From a virus (taxonomy: Duplodnaviria > Caudoviricetes), in IMG/VR virus record IMGVR_UViG_3300032335_000058, positions 1 to 37,679 of that record: a DNA stretch of 37,679 nucleotides; one strand, written 5' to 3'. The translations under genes were made by a program, and so were the position numbers. Positions within the stretch are counted from its first letter, which is position 1. Each line of letters starts with the position of its first letter. This document shows positions 9,355 through 19,130 of the stretch, piece after piece. The notes under the pieces were generated by a model, which saw only the letters and a list, made by a program, of their open reading frames with translations, was not told the DNA's origin and made no database searches.

Positions 9355-11898
9355 TTAAGGCATCATTGGGACTGAAAACATTGTTTCAATCGCTGATCTT
9401 TGATTCTCCCCAGCAGATTTTAACTGACCCCAGGTGTAAACAATTGGCTTTCCTGCTTTGTTTAAAACAGGTGAGCGCGAATCAGCGTTAAACAGCACCA
9501 GGCCATCTTCGCTAGGCGATGTCACCCAATAAGAATTTTTTCGAATGCTCTTGGCGTAATCTTTTGAAACAAAAGAATCCCTACGCATTGTCTCTGGGAT
9601 AGCCAAATCATCAGGGTTTATATTTTGTAAAAAGTAATTTGCGCCCTCTTGCACCCCGGCAGCGCCAACAGACATTGGAACCCGGTAAGTATTGGAAAAC
9701 ACATACCGCCCCATTACTGTAGACTGCGCCGCTTTCTTGGCTGCGTCAGATTCATTCATGCCCTGGGCGCGGTAATAAGATGCCAGGCGCACGGTCTCAT
9801 CATAAAAAATGTTGAATTGCTCAATGCCGCCAATAGTGCGCGGAGACCCGTCAGATCCAACCATTGAAAATTTAAAATCTTCTAATTCTGCTGCTACTTT
9901 TTCACCAATAATCTTTTTAGTGTCAGATGGCAGGCCAACTAAAATGTCATCAACTTTGAGTTTAGATGCAATCGCCATGTCGGCTGCGGCTGCGCCGGTC
10001 ATGCCAGACCCAATCACAATTGCCGATGGTGGCAATGCCTTGCTCTGAATCAATTGGCGGTACACCACCGGCCAACTGTCACCCCAGATTTTTGACATTG
10101 CGTCAATTTTTACGGCAATCGATTCGCCATCCTGTGCGCCAATAAACTGCTGCTGGATATTGTCAATTGCAGACTTGGACAGAATCTTAGGCGATCCAAT
10201 GCCCAGGCGCGTCTGCTCTGCAATCGATGCACTAGCGTAATTCCTTGCCGCTGTCTTTTGCTCATCCAATGTCGCACCAGCCTTGCCGGTAACATCAATA
10301 AACGCCTTGTAAGATGTCTCTACGGTTTTGCTTGATGACAGCGCAAACACGGCAGGATCATCCTCGCGCATTTTTAGCACCCGCCCAGCGGCAGCGGACA
10401 TAATCTGGTGGCGCTTGGATGCCATCTCATAACCCTCGCCAGGCACGGGCTGCTTAGACGCAACAAACGCATTGATTGCCTCATTGGGCATTGTTTTCAT
10501 GGTGGAAATGTCACCAGCCAAAACCTGATTGTCTTGGTATTCCTGAAATTTGCGCGTGCCATCTTGCGGGCCATAGGCACGGATAAACTGATCTTGTGCC
10601 AATTGCGTAGGATTCGTTATTCCATTGACCGCCATTGCATTGGCATCGCCCACCTGGCGCTCTAATTCTGCACGGTAAACTGACCGCTGCTGGCTTGCAT
10701 ATGTATTGGCAGCCCGGATATAGGTATCCCATTTTCTGGCATCAACCATATCCAAACCAGGGTTTCCGCTTGCCGTAGCCTGCATTTCAGACGGTTTCAT
10801 CTCTTTGACAAATGCCTGCAATTTGTCAACACGGTTCATCCAACCTTTTAAATACTTGGCATTTTCAGGATCTTGGGCCAGACGGTTATATTCGTCACGG
10901 CGCAATTGCAGCAATGTATCGACATTGCCATTTGATTGGGCAATTAACTTTTTGGCCGTACCCACGCCCATGTTGACAGCGGTATCAAATGCCACGGCAG
11001 CCAATTGTGGCGGCAGATCACCAGCATTGATCGCGTCCCAATAGCGCTGCCGGTAAATCTTGGCTGCGCCATCTTTAGTTAAATTCTTAACATCGATGTC
11101 TGGATTGGCTTTTTGATTGATTCCAAAATTGGCTGGCGCTGCGGTCTTTCCGTCTTTTTCGACATATCCGCCTTCCATCTGAAACACAAAATTTAGCGCT
11201 GGCTCAAATGCTGGGCCACCAGATTTCATTCCAACATCATCTAAAAACTTTTCTGGATCACGCCTAATTGTCGCTTCTGCGTAAGATCCACCAATTGTTT
11301 CTTTCAGTAGCGTCCGCAATTCCTGCTTTTTGCTCTCAGGCATATTGGATGCATTGATGCCATCCATGCCAGCCGTAAATGTGCGGTTCAATGTTTCAGG
11401 TGTGGGATCAAGCGCCACGCCCTGGCCGTATTTCAAAATGCTGTCTTTGTGCAAATTGAAACGATAGTTGACACCCTCTGTGGCCTCAAAACTAAGGGAC
11501 GATCCAAGGATAGACTTCCGCATGCTGCTCATGTTGGCAGCCAGCATCCGGCGAGTTCTAGGATTTGCCGTGGCTTTTAAGGTCTGATCTGACCAGGTAT
11601 CAAATTCTGATGCAACATTCTTAGTAAAATTCTTAGCGCCTGGCTCTGCAGAATTCTGCATGTCATTGAGTTTTTGCTTCCACTCAATTTCGCTAGTGGC
11701 AAACACATTATTGGCTTCGGCTTTGGCATTTTCCTCTTCAACATCATGCATGACCTGGGCGGTCTGCTGCATGGCCTGGCCGACATTGCCCAAAGCCTTA
11801 CCCATTGCGCCCAGATTGGCATCTGGCACGCGCATTTCAGGAATGCCACGGCCACCTGATACGGTCTGTCGCTCTTCGTAGATTGGAATTCTCGCCAT
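9355..11898 (-). CDS. Internal virion protein with glycoside hydrolase family 108 (lysozyme-like) domain
   Basis: EGGY..NFGI..NLTKDGAAKIYRQRYWD..LPPQLAAVAFDTAVNMGV..GWMNRV matches the GH108 plus PG-binding pattern; gp15-equivalent position. Confidence 0.82.
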   Translation of the reverse strand: MARIPIYEERQTVSGGRGIPEMRVPDANLGAMGKALGNVGQAMQQTAQVMHDVEEENAKAEANNVFATSEIEWKQKLNDMQNSAEPGAKNFTKNVASEFDTWSDQTLKATANPRTRRMLAANMSSMRKSILGSSLSFEATEGVNYRFNLHKDSILKYGQGVALDPTPETLNRTFTAGMDGINASNMPESKKQELRTLLKETIGGSYAEATIRRDPEKFLDDVGMKSGGPAFEPALNFVFQMEGGYVEKDGKTAAPANFGINQKANPDIDVKNLTKDGAAKIYRQRYWDAINAGDLPPQLAAVAFDTAVNMGVGTAKKLIAQSNGNVDTLLQLRRDEYNRLAQDPENAKYLKGWMNRVDKLQAFVKEMKPSEMQATASGNPGLDMVDARKWDTYIRAANTYASQQRSVYRAELERQVGDANAMAVNGITNPTQLAQDQFIRAYGPQDGTRKFQEYQDNQVLAGDISTMKTMPNEAINAFVASKQPVPGEGYEMASKRHQIMSAAAGRVLKMREDDPAVFALSSSKTVETSYKAFIDVTGKAGATLDEQKTAARNYASASIAEQTRLGIGSPKILSKSAIDNIQQQFIGAQDGESIAVKIDAMSKIWGDSWPVVYRQLIQSKALPPSAIVIGSGMTGAAAADMAIASKLKVDDILVGLPSDTKKIIGEKVAAELEDFKFSMVGSDGSPRTIGGIEQFNIFYDETVRLASYYRAQGMNESDAAKKAAQSTVMGRYVFSNTYRVPMSVGAAGVQEGANYFLQNINPDDLAIPETMRRDSFVSKDYAKSIRKNSYWVTSPSEDGLVLFNADSRSPVLNKAGKPIVYTWGQLKSAGENQRSAIETMFSVPMMP

Positions 11899-11900
11899 GA

Positions 11901-12488
11901 TTACGCCAGATTAGATGATTGATACGAAAACCCGCCTTGCATCGGCGTGCCACTTGGGGTGGTCATTGTTTTAAGACCTGTAGAACCCGTTCCAGCCATT
12001 GTGTAAGACTTGTACGCCATTGCAGATCCAGACAAGATGTCGGCCCCGGCGCTGATATACGATGCCCGCACGGCATTCTTGCCTGCAGCCCGATTGACCT
12101 TGGCTGAGTATTGATCCATTTCGGCTGATGCCAATAATCCCCTGGCTTTTAAATCGCCTTCGTAGCGAATTGTCAACGAATCCAATTCCGCCATTGTTTC
12201 TGATTGTTCGGCAATATCGGCCATCGATCCGCCCAGGCCAGCGCCAGATTGAGCAATGGCTGCCCGCTGCTTGCCAAGTATTGTCCTGGCCTGGCGGCGC
12301 TGCTGTTCTTCCCGTATGTTGGTCTGCTGCCGGGTGATGTCTGCTTCCTGGCGCTTGATGCCTGCATTGAAATCTTCAGCATTGGCCCTGGCATCGGCCA
12401 TTGCCTTGTCAGCCTGGCCTTGCTGCAGCGTGCCAATAGCCTTCATGGCCGTAGCGGCCACAAGCATTATGGTTACTGGATCAGCCAT
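11901..12488 (-). CDS. Internal virion protein (T7 gp14-like)
   Basis: MADPVT start, hydrophobic N-terminal helix, Ala/Gln-rich coiled coil, GKQRAAIAQSG motif; follows the GNAT-like gene. Confidence 0.72.
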   Translation of the reverse strand: MADPVTIMLVAATAMKAIGTLQQGQADKAMADARANAEDFNAGIKRQEADITRQQTNIREEQQRRQARTILGKQRAAIAQSGAGLGGSMADIAEQSETMAELDSLTIRYEGDLKARGLLASAEMDQYSAKVNRAAGKNAVRASYISAGADILSGSAMAYKSYTMAGTGSTGLKTMTTPSGTPMQGGFSYQSSNLA

Positions 12489-12909
12489 GTTTTATCCTTG
12501 CGTACAAAATACAGTCCTTGCCTAGTGGACTAAACGCCCGCATGTACCCTTCGCGCTCAAAGCCCAACATTTGAATCCAGCGGTGACCAGCCTCAAAATC
12601 AGCGTCTACAAATGCCTCAACACGATTGAAATCTGTCGTGTCCAAAAACCGTTTTACGGCCTTGTGTATCCGCACAAACTGTTTGCCAGCGTATTCAGAA
12701 ATTAAGCCCCACGCAATGGCTCGATTATCCCATTGCTTGACCACTCCTGCACATGCTAAAACCTCGTCACCATCCATTGCCGTAAAACACGGGCCAGCGG
12801 CCTTCAATGCCGGGCCGTATTCCTCATCAAAAAACACGGACACGGCTGCCTGGCTAGGTTGCAGCACCAAAATCTCAAGATGACGGGATTGAAATGGTTC
12901 AATATGCAT
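12481..12909 (-). CDS. GNAT-fold acetyltransferase-like virion assembly protein (T7 gp13-like position)
   Basis: RVEAFVDADFEAGHRWIQMLGFEREG resembles the GNAT C-terminal motif; lies between tail tube B and the internal proteins. Confidence 0.7.
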   Translation of the reverse strand: MHIEPFQSRHLEILVLQPSQAAVSVFFDEEYGPALKAAGPCFTAMDGDEVLACAGVVKQWDNRAIAWGLISEYAGKQFVRIHKAVKRFLDTTDFNRVEAFVDADFEAGHRWIQMLGFEREGYMRAFSPLGKDCILYARIKHG

Positions 12910-15263
12910 CAGCGATCCTGTGTCTGCAATTGCGGCATCAGCGCCACCAATGTCATGGGCAGCGGCTGATCCTGCTCGACAATCATGTACCCGTCAAAAT
13001 CATAGCCACCAGGCCATTCCATAATTTTGTCACCAGTAAACAGCGGCACGGGCGCGTCCATCAGCGCCGATCCACTACGGAATTGGATCTCGTCCAAGTG
13101 ATCAAGATCAGGCCCGGCTTTAGCGCCAACCGTAGCCAAGAACCTAATTACCATCTTATTGATGCGCTTGGTCTTGCCCTGGGCCGTACCATCGCCTGCG
13201 CCAGCCTCTGGGCGCATGGTCTGCAATCTGGATGTATACGGCAGCCCAACATGAACCACGCTAGATGCCCGCTGCAATGTCACAGACCCACTTTCAACCG
13301 TCCGGTTAGGATGCGCTGCACCATCGGCCAGAATTGACACAATCTTGCCTTCCAGGTGATCCAGGCCGCTAATTGTGCTGACCGCTGTGCTGTCATATGT
13401 TAGGCCGCAATCCACACAAAATGCGTCCTCAATGTCGTTATTGTCAACAAAATCAGGCCACAAATACTCAATGTATCGCTTGGTCTGCCCATCAATAGTC
13501 CGGCGCACAATCATCCATAGGTCATCCTGGTCACCAAACGGGCTAGGAATGGTCTCTACACACTCGACTATGCCATCCCCTCCCAGCGGGTGACGATGCC
13601 AACCAAGGACATCCTGCTCACGATTAAAGGTAAATCCCAGCAACTCGCCATCTGAGCGGACGCACCACACAATTGAATGCGGTTCCTGTTGATAGCAAAT
13701 ATCTACCAATCCGCCGTAGGTGATATGTTCTGACAATACCGTCAAGTCAGATGATTTGTAGCCGTTATTGGCAAAATCAAACACCAACTCGCGCAATTTC
13801 TGGCCGGATCGCTGCACAAACAGCACCGATTCGCCCACCAAAACAGGGATCACAGACTTTGACCCATAGGACGATTGCGGCACAATTTTCACATTGTCTG
13901 GGCCTAGCGGCTGGTCTGTTGTCACCTCTTGGGCCACAAACTCGCCACCGGCTGTCCCAATTAGCAGGCCATCAGATGCGGCCAGCCACTCAATTTTGTT
14001 GACCTGATCGCTTGATACCTCAATGGCAATTGCCATGTCAGCCACAACCTGGCCGGATTCGTCACGGTCTGCAAAGTTCTCATAATCGGCAGCCACCGAC
14101 ATATCAATTTTTTGCCCGCTGGCAAATACCAGGCGCTCACGGAAAAACGCTACCTGGCTGGGCCAACCACGGACGGATGACCAGCGACTAAATGCCCAGC
14201 GATTGGTGGCATTGCCAGACCCAACAGCGCCAGATGGCAGGCGAGACACAACATCAGCGGTAACCGTGGTGCTGTTAGTAAACCCGGTAATCTTTACATA
14301 GCCATAGCCAGGATCGCGGAATTGCCATTGCACCCCGCTGTCACCATCATAGACAGCGCCAATGCTGTGGATGGGCTTTACCGTGCCTGTGGTGGCCGAA
14401 TTAAGCGCCTCATAGGTCTTGCCATCAGACCGGCGGCGTGCGCCGCTGCTGATCGATTTGCCAACTTCCCATTGGGTAATTCCATCAACACTTTTTTGCT
14501 CTAGCAAAAATGTGCTGCCGACATCGGTAGACGCAAACAATGCGCTTGATGCTGTTAGGGTAATCCCTGTGCCGGTCTGCGCGGACGCATAAACCGTGAT
14601 TGCTTCGTCTGGATCGACATCCTCAAACGGGCCGCCCAAAAAATTGATGTCCTCCAATATCCACTTAGTAGCGGAATACCTGGACAGTTTTTTTGGCGCA
14701 TAAGACGGATGCACAATGTAAACCACATCGGCAGATTGAACCGTCCTCAATTTCAGCGTGTTATTGCTGTTAGTCAGATCCGCAGCCGTGTACGGGCTAG
14801 GAATCTCGTATGTTGTCCCGGTCAATGTGTGCCACTTGCCAGCAGCCAGGTCTGTAGAAAATGTCCCAGAAGTGTGGGCCACCTTGCAATAGTAATTTGT
14901 ACCGCCATTGGATCTTAGGTCACCAACCGCATAGGCCGTGCTGGTCAGCCAGGCCGTAACCGATCCGGTCTGCACCTGCCCATAATTGGTGTAAAACCGA
15001 ATGTATTGGTTACCAAACTCTAGGATGTACGCCTGGCTTTCGGAAAACTCAAAGCGCAGCAGCCAGGATCTATTGGCAGAATTTTTGACTTCCTCGACAA
15101 AATAAGTACCAGACCGGCGGCGTGCCGGGCCTTGCACCATCGGTATAAAGTTCTCTAGCGTGCGGCAACCACTTGAATACTTGTTAAGATCCGTGCGGCC
15201 TTCCAGGGTAGGTGACAACTCCCCGGTGTTAAATGAATACTGTATCGGGCTGGCTTTAGGCAT
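12909..15263 (-). CDS. Tail tubular protein B / nozzle (T7 gp12-like)
   Basis: SFNTGELSP..GRTDL..LENFIPMVQGPARRRSG, QSADV, WPSQVAFFRERLVFA and GWHRH motifs. Start placed at the ATG at 15263 (TAATG overlap). Confidence 0.88.
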   Translation of the reverse strand: MPKASPIQYSFNTGELSPTLEGRTDLNKYSSGCRTLENFIPMVQGPARRRSGTYFVEEVKNSANRSWLLRFEFSESQAYILEFGNQYIRFYTNYGQVQTGSVTAWLTSTAYAVGDLRSNGGTNYYCKVAHTSGTFSTDLAAGKWHTLTGTTYEIPSPYTAADLTNSNNTLKLRTVQSADVVYIVHPSYAPKKLSRYSATKWILEDINFLGGPFEDVDPDEAITVYASAQTGTGITLTASSALFASTDVGSTFLLEQKSVDGITQWEVGKSISSGARRRSDGKTYEALNSATTGTVKPIHSIGAVYDGDSGVQWQFRDPGYGYVKITGFTNSTTVTADVVSRLPSGAVGSGNATNRWAFSRWSSVRGWPSQVAFFRERLVFASGQKIDMSVAADYENFADRDESGQVVADMAIAIEVSSDQVNKIEWLAASDGLLIGTAGGEFVAQEVTTDQPLGPDNVKIVPQSSYGSKSVIPVLVGESVLFVQRSGQKLRELVFDFANNGYKSSDLTVLSEHITYGGLVDICYQQEPHSIVWCVRSDGELLGFTFNREQDVLGWHRHPLGGDGIVECVETIPSPFGDQDDLWMIVRRTIDGQTKRYIEYLWPDFVDNNDIEDAFCVDCGLTYDSTAVSTISGLDHLEGKIVSILADGAAHPNRTVESGSVTLQRASSVVHVGLPYTSRLQTMRPEAGAGDGTAQGKTKRINKMVIRFLATVGAKAGPDLDHLDEIQFRSGSALMDAPVPLFTGDKIMEWPGGYDFDGYMIVEQDQPLPMTLVALMPQLQTQDR

Positions 15264-15850
15264 TATTCGTACCAATCCAATGAAAGATATGCGGTAGCCG
15301 ATCCAGTTCCAACATTGGTCATGCGGATCAGATACGACACATTATCTTGAAATATGTATTCAAAAGAAAATGCCCCAGATCCGGCAGCCTTTTTAGAATC
15401 ACCGGCAGAAATATATTCCCGGTGAAACTCCGTGCCTGTTGCGGTCACGGTAGGGTTTACAAGAATCCCCGCTTGGCTGATTCTGGTTGATTCTCTGTTG
15501 CGATTGATGGGTGTAAAGATTGTCCCGCCAGATGCGGACGCACCCTCAAACCAGGCGATCTCGCAGTCCTGGCTACAAGATGTCTGGATAGTGACATGAG
15601 CGCTTGTTCCGACATTTGTTGTGAACACCATATTGAGACTTGCACCAGCGGCCAATCCAGCGCTTGGCGGGTAATACTTGTATGCATTAAAAGCCCGGCC
15701 TTCATGCATCCGCAAATGGTTGATGTCCAAAATTGGCATGCCGTAATCAGACCCAACCACGCGCTGTGCGTCATTCGTGTCCTTTGCGGTTACGGCAACG
15801 AACCTGGCAACGGTCTGATCTGATTCGCGCTCGACATATACGGCGGTCAT
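15263..15850 (-). CDS. Hypothetical beta-rich protein inserted between tail tube A and B
   Basis: Coupled ORF (ATGA overlap with tube A, TAATG with tube B); ends in an aromatic-x-E strand (LDWYE). Confidence 0.6.
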   Translation of the reverse strand: MTAVYVERESDQTVARFVAVTAKDTNDAQRVVGSDYGMPILDINHLRMHEGRAFNAYKYYPPSAGLAAGASLNMVFTTNVGTSAHVTIQTSCSQDCEIAWFEGASASGGTIFTPINRNRESTRISQAGILVNPTVTATGTEFHREYISAGDSKKAAGSGAFSFEYIFQDNVSYLIRMTNVGTGSATAYLSLDWYE

Positions 15851-16446
15851 AATCTTGACAGTACCCAACCATCATCAGGCAGATCCTGTGGCGGCTGCTC
15901 GATGCCATCAGATCGGATCGCAGCAATCAATGCCTCGCGGTAATCCTGCCTGGCAGAATCTTTTTTAGTATTAGATTGCGTCAAATCCTCGCACATTTCA
16001 AACGCCAAGCGCGAGGCAATTGCTTCTACAAATGTTGCGTCCCATTGAGTAGTGTCCTCAATGCGGGCCATATAACGGATATTTAGCGGCGCGGTGAGAT
16101 TCGTAAGAATCTTGCGACTTTCGACCACATATTCTGCAACGCTGGCATTACGGTAATCGTCCAGACTTGGGCCAGGGTAGACATCATTGACCTGAACCAG
16201 GCGGAGATAATCGCTAGGTAATTGGTACTCATAATCAAACCCCCATGTCGGTGTGGTTGACAAGGCAGCCAGGCTTACGCGCTTGACAGAAAATGACCAT
16301 AAGTGCGCCCGCAACTCTGCGTCACGCACAATCTCAAACATAGACTTAACTGCGCGGGCCTGCTTATTGTCATCATCAAAAGAGATGATGCGGGCAGCGC
16401 CCAACTTGGTCAGCGCCCTGTTGGCAATCTCAACCTGCGATGCCAT
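15847..16446 (-). CDS. Tail tubular protein A / adaptor (T7 gp11-like)
   Basis: MASQVEIANRALTKLGA..LRAHLWSFS..YQLPSDYLRL pattern of podovirus adaptors. Confidence 0.88.
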   Translation of the reverse strand: MASQVEIANRALTKLGAARIISFDDDNKQARAVKSMFEIVRDAELRAHLWSFSVKRVSLAALSTTPTWGFDYEYQLPSDYLRLVQVNDVYPGPSLDDYRNASVAEYVVESRKILTNLTAPLNIRYMARIEDTTQWDATFVEAIASRLAFEMCEDLTQSNTKKDSARQDYREALIAAIRSDGIEQPPQDLPDDGWVLSRL

Positions 16447-16456
16447 TGCTTACCCC

Positions 16457-16645
16457 TTATGCCGGAGGCCAAGCGTCTTGCAGGATGTAATTCTTGATGT
16501 TCTCGATGCACTCCAGAACCTGATTGCGATTGGCGTTATCGGCCAGATCAATAGCAATCTCAACAGTCTTAGATTGACTAGACGATCCTTCCGCAACTTC
16601 GGTCATGTTGTTACCGATGTCTAATGCGTAATAGCGTGATGCCAT
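16457..16645 (-). CDS. Small hypothetical protein, probably virion-associated
   Basis: 62 aa with an AGGAG RBS, inside the structural operon. Confidence 0.65.
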   Translation of the reverse strand: MASRYYALDIGNNMTEVAEGSSSQSKTVEIAIDLADNANRNQVLECIENIKNYILQDAWPPA

Positions 16646-16656
16646 AATGTTCTCCT

Positions 16657-16686
16657 AATAACGACAGGGGGCTTTCGCCCCCCGTC
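16657..16686 (-). terminator. GNRA-capped hairpin after the capsid/cement genes (weak terminator or mRNA stabiliser)
   Basis: Minus strand GACGGGGGGC-GAAA-GCCCCCTGTC followed by a poor U-tract (GTTATT). Confidence 0.65.
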
Positions 16687-16693
16687 TTACCGA

Positions 16694-17119
16694 TTAAGGT
16701 GCGCTGAAGTAAAGGTCAACAACAGCCGTTCCAGATGAGGGCAAAGCAGCCACAGCAATCGTGAGAATCACGGTTTCTTCGGCAGTTAATGCATCATCAT
16801 CAGCAGCAGTCGAGACACCAAACAGCGTGGGAGCAGCAGCCGTAAAGACCGCAGCAGCACGATATTTGCCAGAACTTGCAGCAGTACCAATTGCCACCGT
16901 GGCAGATGCGCCTAGCGTAGCAGATGCGTTGATAACTCCATACGCAAATGCATAGCCAGCCGGAATCTTAGCCAGGGTAATCGTGTCACCAGATGCCTGA
17001 GAAGCCAGGGTAAAAGATGCACGAAAACGGCGGATACGGCCACCAACTACACCACCATTAGCAAAGCCAGCGGGGGTGTCATAGAGGGTAGATACTTCGT
17101 TAGCATAAGTGTTAGCCAT
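16694..17119 (-). CDS. Capsid cement/decoration protein (Bbp16-like position)
   Basis: 141-aa Ala/Thr-rich beta protein directly after the major capsid gene; SGDTITLAKIPAG motif. Confidence 0.7.
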   Translation of the reverse strand: MANTYANEVSTLYDTPAGFANGGVVGGRIRRFRASFTLASQASGDTITLAKIPAGYAFAYGVINASATLGASATVAIGTAASSGKYRAAAVFTAAAPTLFGVSTAADDDALTAEETVILTIAVAALPSSGTAVVDLYFSAP

Positions 17120-17131
17120 GATTTATCTCCC

Positions 17132-18016
17132 TTACTCTTGGCAAAGAATTTCAACAACTTTTTTCTCTTCGGTGCGAGTAGCGCCAAAAGTACCCTTACA
17201 GTAAACCTGTGTCGAGTAACCCTTGTCTGCACGCTCAGAGATCTGAGTGTTGATGTCGTTCCACATACCAAGATGCACGCCGCTCTTCGCATACACCGGA
17301 ACACGGCGATATGAAGATGCGTCTACACCAAGGCGCTCACAATGCACAAAGTTAAATCCCATGAACGCTGTGATGCGCCCATCTACAAGCACCGGACGGG
17401 TGTTGTAATCAAGGGAGATAGCCTGTGCTTCGTTTAACAGATCATCATGCTGCTCGGCGGTAATGACGCAGAACAACTGCTCATTGTCAATATCCACTTC
17501 GTTTTCCATAAGGATCTTTTTGGCTTCGCGCAATTTGGCAATGTTCAGGCCGGTTGCGCCGGTTGAACCAGTAGCCACGGCAATTTGCTGAGTACCTGTA
17601 GCAAATGATGTGTTGGTTGAACCATTCTCGCCGGTCTTGGCTGTGCCAAAGAAAGCGCTGATGATCTCGTCATCCATTGCACGGCCAAGCGCATAAGCGC
17701 CGTTCTGAGCATAGGATGATTGGGGATCGATCAGCATACGCAGTTTATCCTGGTCATCGATGAGATCAGCCCACTCATAGTCCACGGGATAAATCCAGCG
17801 GGCATCCGAGGGAGTAGAAATCAGCGGTGTATCACCGTGACGCTGCGTGCGCTTTTGCGCGTTGACTGCTCCAACCTGCTCGACAGCCTTGGCAGCCTTA
17901 CCAGAATAAGATCCGGTGCTTACCGTGCCGCGCAACTTGGAACCCTTTTGCTGCAACAACAATTGCACATTTGTCGTATATTGTTGGACAAAGTGCGTAG
18001 TGACATTGAATGACAT
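17132..18016 (-). CDS. Major capsid protein
   Basis: FVQQYTTNVQLLLQQKGSKLR..DKLRMLIDP.S.Y..ALGRAMDDEII..FMGFNF..GATRTEEKKVV; follows the scaffold gene; GGAGG RBS. Confidence 0.92.
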   Translation of the reverse strand: MSFNVTTHFVQQYTTNVQLLLQQKGSKLRGTVSTGSYSGKAAKAVEQVGAVNAQKRTQRHGDTPLISTPSDARWIYPVDYEWADLIDDQDKLRMLIDPQSSYAQNGAYALGRAMDDEIISAFFGTAKTGENGSTNTSFATGTQQIAVATGSTGATGLNIAKLREAKKILMENEVDIDNEQLFCVITAEQHDDLLNEAQAISLDYNTRPVLVDGRITAFMGFNFVHCERLGVDASSYRRVPVYAKSGVHLGMWNDINTQISERADKGYSTQVYCKGTFGATRTEEKKVVEILCQE

Positions 18017-18110
18017 GATTCAAGTCCTCCACAAAAAGTTAAAAGAAAAAACAACCATTTGCAAAAGGCTTGTCCAAAATTCTGGGGCCGTTCTAACCAT
18101 TAAAGCCGGT

Positions 18111-18299
18111 TTAACGCTCGGCGGTCTTTCCCGCCTGCCCACCAGGCCGCTTGGGAGTGCGGTTCTCTGGTATTACTTGCTCCCGCTGCACGACATATTG
18201 CTCGTACAGTACCGCCCGACCTACCACCTCATTGGGCGGTAGATCAGACCGATGCGCTAATTTTAAACACTCTAGCCTAATTTGTGCAATATCCATCAT
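18111..18299 (-). CDS. Small hypothetical protein between scaffold and capsid
   Basis: ATGA-coupled to the scaffold gene; IRLECLKLA motif. Confidence 0.6.
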   Translation of the reverse strand: MMDIAQIRLECLKLAHRSDLPPNEVVGRAVLYEQYVVQREQVIPENRTPKRPGGQAGKTAER

Positions 18300-19129
18300 C
18301 CTGGATACCCAGCACGCATTAGGCGCTCCATTTCAGCCCTGGCATCAGCATCGCCGCCCAGGTACTTAGCAGTCCAGCCCGGATCGTTTTTCAACTGACC
18401 AATGCGGACACGGGCAGCCTCTGGTGACATGCCAAACCGGCCAGCCCCAGCGCCATCGACAAACGAATCCTCGCCCATGCCACGGCCAATCTTGGCAAAG
18501 AATTGCAGCATCTGCTTAGTGCCTAGTGCGCCTTCCATCTTTTCCAGCATGTCCTGCTCTACCCCAAACTGCCGGGCAGCGCGGCGGCCAGCCTCGATGT
18601 TCAGGTCATAATCCTTGCCCCATTCCTGGCGCAATGTCATCAATTCTGCCTCTGCGTTGACAGCAATTTCCTCTTGCTGGCTGCTTGACATCATCTGCTG
18701 CTGTGCATTCCACCACTCAGCCAGACCCTGGGCCTGCTTGGCATTAAGGCCCAACTTGTGAAATTCGCCTGCAGCCATCTTGGCAAACTCGCCAGTATCG
18801 CCATCAGGCACGGGCAATTTGTATTCGTCCGGGCTTTTTGGCCTGCCTAGCCGGTCATAGACCTGGCCCCACTCATCAGCGGCTGCATCATCCTTTGGCA
18901 GCACCAGACCTCGGCCAGCCTTATCAGCCCCCAGGAATTTTTCCAGATTGATATACCCGGTAATTGCGTCACCCGGATCTTTCCAGCCCTTGTTTTCTAC
19001 AAACCCTCTTATGTCCTCTGCGTAGCCCCCGTACCAAGATTGCTGTTGACCATTGGCTTGAGCGCCTTCGCCTGCGGGCGCTGTGCCTGCAGGGTTGCCA
19101 GCGGGTGCTGACCCTGTACCTTGATCCAT
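18296..19129 (-). CDS. Capsid scaffolding/assembly protein
   Basis: Low-complexity N-terminus, YINLEKFLG, YDRLGRPKSPDEY and LRQEWG motifs; sits between portal and capsid genes. Confidence 0.8.
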   Translation of the reverse strand: MDQGTGSAPAGNPAGTAPAGEGAQANGQQQSWYGGYAEDIRGFVENKGWKDPGDAITGYINLEKFLGADKAGRGLVLPKDDAAADEWGQVYDRLGRPKSPDEYKLPVPDGDTGEFAKMAAGEFHKLGLNAKQAQGLAEWWNAQQQMMSSSQQEEIAVNAEAELMTLRQEWGKDYDLNIEAGRRAARQFGVEQDMLEKMEGALGTKQMLQFFAKIGRGMGEDSFVDGAGAGRFGMSPEAARVRIGQLKNDPGWTAKYLGGDADARAEMERLMRAGYPG

Positions 19130-19130
19130 A

